43,662 nucleotides of DNA from Rotaria socialis (Eukaryota), in contig CAJNYD010000435.1 in the NCBI GenBank assembly GCA_905331295.1, positions 1-43,662 on the forward strand. The letters are read 5' to 3'. A program made the translations under genes and the position numbers. The notes beneath the pieces are model-generated. The model was not told where the DNA came from and searched no databases. It saw nothing but the letters and a program-made list of their open reading frames with translations. Each line of letters starts with the position of its first letter. The stretch's first letter is position 1. This document shows, in pieces, positions 39,601 through 43,662 of this stretch.

Positions 39601-40149
39601 AAAATTTCACTCATTGGACGTTGACACGATTTTTTCAAAAAAATTGATTTTTTTCAACAATAAAAGGAATTTAAAAAAAACAAAATGGTAACGGTTATAG
39701 CCCATGGTCTGGCGATTCTAACGAGATAAGAAAGTTCTTTCTATCTCTTATAACAAAAAACTAGATACATTTACAATGATAGACACTGATGCATAATTTT
39801 CAATCGATAGGCCTGTTTGTATTCAAGAAATTTTTTTTAGTTGTAAAAACTGTATATTCATCAAAACAATACTGTTCGACTCAGTTTTTCACGCTGTTTC
39901 AGAATATATATGTTTCAAAAATTTTAAAGGAAAGATAAAAGAAATATGTGATCGTTTTTCTAGAAGGAATGAATTTAGTGGGAAAATTGTGTTTTTTAGT
40001 CATTCAACTTTTTTTGCGTTTTTCTCCACCAAACAGAAATCAAATCGAAATAAAAAATATATATTCGTGATCAGCGTTTCAAGCTCTATCCAACCATATA
40101 TAAATAAAAGAAAAAGAAAATTTACGGAAATTCTGCATTTTCGCTACCT
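36672..40149 (-). mobile_element. IS630/Tc1/mariner-superfamily DNA transposon with long TIRs
   Basis: 36672-36868 is the reverse complement of 39126-39322 (197 bp, no mismatch noticed). The left arm runs into the N gap. Right end at ..GCTACCT|TA (40149) is inferred. Confidence 0.8.
37087..38988 (-). CDS. Intact DDE transposase, 591 aa, 3 exons
   Basis: Exons 38988-38196, 38124-37493, 37437-37087 (1776 nt, in frame; introns of 71 and 55 nt). Motifs IFHDESTF, IVDNARTH, PKYHCEINAIEGCW. Confidence 0.9.
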
Positions 40150-40989
40150 TACATGACAAAGAGGAAGAGAGAATACACATGACAATGAGGAGAAAGTCGT
40201 TATGTACATTGCCTAGGATAGGCCGAGTGCTTATATCGGCACAGGTGTGGATAAGAATCTTGATCTTCTCTTCATTCACATCTATGCCCACGTCCCTTTA
40301 TGATAAGTGTAGACAAAAGTATAGGATATATTGGTATTAAAGGAAACTAATGCACATGAATCTGTCCAAAGTTTATCGAAAAAGAAGACCAGCATAGGTC
40401 CTTATCAATATATATGTAAAAAGAAACTTTTTTTGAATGAAAATTGAAACATTTGCCCCCTAAGCAAAAACATTTTTTGAAAATTCTCGCATAACATTAA
40501 AATGTTCAAGACGATTGAGTTGCTGAGATTTGGTTGTTGCGTACTCGATTGCATACTTTTTTGTTTATACAGGTATCAGTACTGCGTTTTGGCAAATTGT
40601 GAAGAAATTTTTCGAACAGGAGAGCAAAAACACCAAGTGATAACAGACTCTTGTGATAGAGCCGTCGAGTTCTATTCTAGTTCGTCAATTTCAGGCTTTG
40701 GTTCTCTGTATGGTCAAATTCTCTACGAATTACTTAAATGCTGATTTAAGATATTCTACTTGAATTCAATAGAAACAAAACATAAGAACTTTAGGCAAAA
40801 TTCACTATGTGGATGTTCAAAAATTACCATTAAAATTGAATAAAAGATTGTAATCTATTGACATCTACTATTAAGAACTTGTCTTTTGATTGGAGTACTC
40901 GTATTACATTATTGCACTGCCTCTACGCAACAAAAGCAACACTCAAACACGATAAAAGCTTATCACACGTATACAATAAACACATTGAT

Positions 40990-43662
40990 ATGTCGAAAAG
41001 AAAGTTTGAGCATCCATTTGTTGCAAACAAATTAAGTTCTCGAAAAACACCAATAGTTTTAGTTGATCAATCTTCGTCCCCTTTTTTGTCATTGCCGGTT
41101 GAACTGGTCTATCGAATTCTGGACAACCTCGATCCGTTCACAATATTATGCTCAGCTCGTAATGTGTGTGTGCGATTGAATATGATTACAGATACATACC
41201 ATCGATATCAGGTAAATATCAAAGTTATCATAAAACTAAACTTCTTTCATCTGGCAAATATCGTTCGATTCCACGAATCAAAGTTTTGTTTTATTTTACT
41301 TGTTAATCTTAGAATACAAATAGCACGCCTGTAATATCTTGAATTTACGAATAGTATTACATAAAGACATTACCATTACATTATGCATGCTGATCTAGGA
41401 AATTTCCCTGAGATTCTCATTTCATCTGCTATTCATCACTGAACAGAAAACAAATTTACACAGGATATCTTAGGTCAGTATGCTCGTATTTATTGGATGG
41501 ATTCACTTCAGAGTTGTTCCTAAAAGAACTAGTCAAATTTCAGAGAAAAACATGGTAAACTCTATCGGTTCCAACCATTGAGTGTGATTAATACCCATCT
41601 GAACACTTGTAAAACACTCAAAAACGTATCTCAGATAGGCGACTATGCGACTGAGAGTATGAATAATTACAGACATGATATGCGAGCTCCATCGTCGCTC
41701 AATACACACTAGCGTTAGCCTCACTAGGAACCGCTCCTCTCGAAATCCGTACCAGTTATCAGCAGAGTACAGTCGTTTTTCTTTCACGTCATCAACAATT
41801 TTTAATTATGAATTTTTCTAGATTAAGCCTAGAATTATCAATTCAACTCGAAAACAAAAGATGCCATAACGTGTCTATAAAGCTTACATTTTTATTTCCT
41901 TCATATTCGTTAAGAAATTGTTTCTGACTGGAATTATCTATTCCTACGCCGAACAGTTTCATATCTGAACTATTTTCTATTTTCGAAGCTAATATGTTGA
42001 TCATGAGCATGATATTCGAAATGAAACTTTGAAATCTGTACACATCGCTAAGTAGACATGCGCTTTTGTTAAAATTCTCAGAAAAAATCTAGACAATCAA
42101 TTTTTCTGGTGCTTGAACAGTGTACCTGTCAAGATTTTTGTGGAACTCACATATATTTTCCAAGAAAATGATGAGTGTAAGTTTAAAAGCGAGATTTTTG
42201 CGGCTCGCCACCCCCTCCCCATTACAGAACCAACCTCTTATACTCCTAGAGACCCCCTTAGACACATCATTACACCCACTTACAGATACTACCTTGCATT
42301 ACAGATATTGGCAAGCATGCAAAAAGTAAATAAGACATTTTTTTTCTACCGGGCTATTCTCTTGCAGCAAATTTTGCACCACACATTATGCGTAAGTAAA
42401 TTAGGCGAAAAATCATATGTGAGCTCATACCAAGCTATTTTAGCGCAATCTATACTAGAGTCATCTGTAATTATATACACAGACACTGACAACACTGAAT
42501 CTAGGAGACAACAATATTCGAGACATAGATGCACAACACTTGGCTTATGCACTACATAATAACACAGTAACTCTCGTTCTCTTCATCCATCTCAAATCAA
42601 TATCCTCCTTTATTCGTGCAGACACTGATCAAATTGGATCTAGAGGACAATATCATTGGAGACAACGGTGTAGTATATCTGGCTGATGCACTACGAAATA
42701 ACAGGGTGCATCTCATTCCTCGTCTTTTATCCCATGTCAATATTCTCTTTTATTCGAACAGACACTGACAACACTGCATCTACAGAGCAATATAATTGGA
42801 GAAACAGGTGCACAACATTTGGCTGATGTACTCCGAAATAACACTGTGACTATCGTTCTCTTCTTATTCACCTCATATAAATATCTCTTTTATGCTCGAA
42901 GACGCTGACAACACTGGATCTACAGAGCAATATGATTGGACAAAAAGGTGCACAACATCTAGCTGATGCCCTAAGAAATAACACGGTGACTCTCGTCCTC
43001 TTATGAGATAATCCAGTGAAAAATATTCGCTGATTTCACTGGATCATCACATATCAATATCATGTTCTTTTCGCACAGACACTGAGCGCACTGAATCTGA
43101 GGTACAATGGGATTCAAGACAGAGGTGCACAACATCTGGCTGATGCAATACGCAGCAGCATGGTGACTATAGTTCTCTTCATTTCATTCATGCCATATCA
43201 ATATCCTCTTTTATTCTAACAGACACTGACGGCACTGCATCTAGGAGGCAATAGTATTGGAGACATAGGTGCACAACATTTGGCTTATGCACTGCATAAT
43301 AACACGGTGACTCTCGTTCTCTTCATTCATCTCACATCAATATCCTCTTTTTTTGCACAGACAATGGTGACACTGAATCTAGGAGGCAATAGTATTGGAA
43401 ACCCAGGTGCACAAGATTTGGCTGATGCGCTACGAAATAACACGGTGACCCTCGTTCTCTTCATTCATCTCACATCAATATCCTCTTTTATTCTAACAGA
43501 CACTGACGGCACTGCATCTACAGTATAATGCCATTCCAGTCAAAGGTGCACAACATCTGGCTGATGCACTACGAAAAAACACGGTGACTCTCGTTCTCTC
43601 TTCATTCATCACATACCAATATCATCTTTTATTCGTGCAGACACTGACCACACTGAATCTAC
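40990..43662 (+). CDS. F-box + ribonuclease-inhibitor/NLRC3-type 28-aa LRR protein, 3' end outside window
   Basis: Exon 1 40990-41211 (..FLSLPVELVYRILDNLDPFTILCSARNVCVRLN..YQ). 84-nt phase-0 exons 42483-42566, 42622-42705, 42762-42845, 42902-42985, 43079-43162, 43223-43306, 43361-43444, 43500-43583, and 43641 onward. Consensus TLxxLxLxxNxIGxxGAQHLADALRNNT; all bounded by AG/GT and stop-free. Confidence 0.92.
42139..42430. mobile_element. MITE in intron 1 of the F-box/LRR gene, same family as 5053-5458
   Basis: First ~90 bp (TGTGGAACTCACATATATTTTC..GAGTGTAAGTT..TTTTGCGGCTC..CCCCATTACAGA) match 5053-5175. Degenerate right TIR ATATGTGAGCTC at ~42415. Confidence 0.65.

Noticed and set aside
42113..42559. 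148-aa ORF upstream of the LRR exons
   Set aside because: Runs through an intronic MITE and crosses LRR exon 1 out of frame.
42483..43662. Regular repeats with variable inserts resembling a CRISPR array
   Set aside because: Fully explained as spliceosomal LRR exons plus introns; no cas genes and a eukaryotic context.

Overview
AT-rich eukaryotic genomic DNA with mostly short (~50-75 nt) GT-AG introns and two assembly gaps (22952-23458, 35954-36671). Intron size, gene families and scattered (TGTGGG)n motifs suggest a bdelloid rotifer; this is inference. Apparently intact genes: a 6-exon neuronal-calcium-sensor-like EF-hand gene (-), an uncharacterised ~506-aa protein with a long Ser-rich insert (-), a 3-exon IS630/Tc1/mariner-type transposase with unusually long DD116E spacing inside long TIRs (-), and an F-box gene followed by a tandem array of phase-0 exons each encoding one 28-aa LRR (+, runs off the window). 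Decayed sequences: a MORN-repeat array, a multi-exon pseudogene splice-compatible with the 506-aa gene, two tail-to-tail defective MULE transposases and a pogo/Tigger fragment. Many nested MITEs carry readable TIRs/TSDs. The strongest candidate for an undescribed system is the F-box + one-LRR-per-exon cassette array, with hypervariable surface codons and mosaic units. All gene models were spliced by eye.
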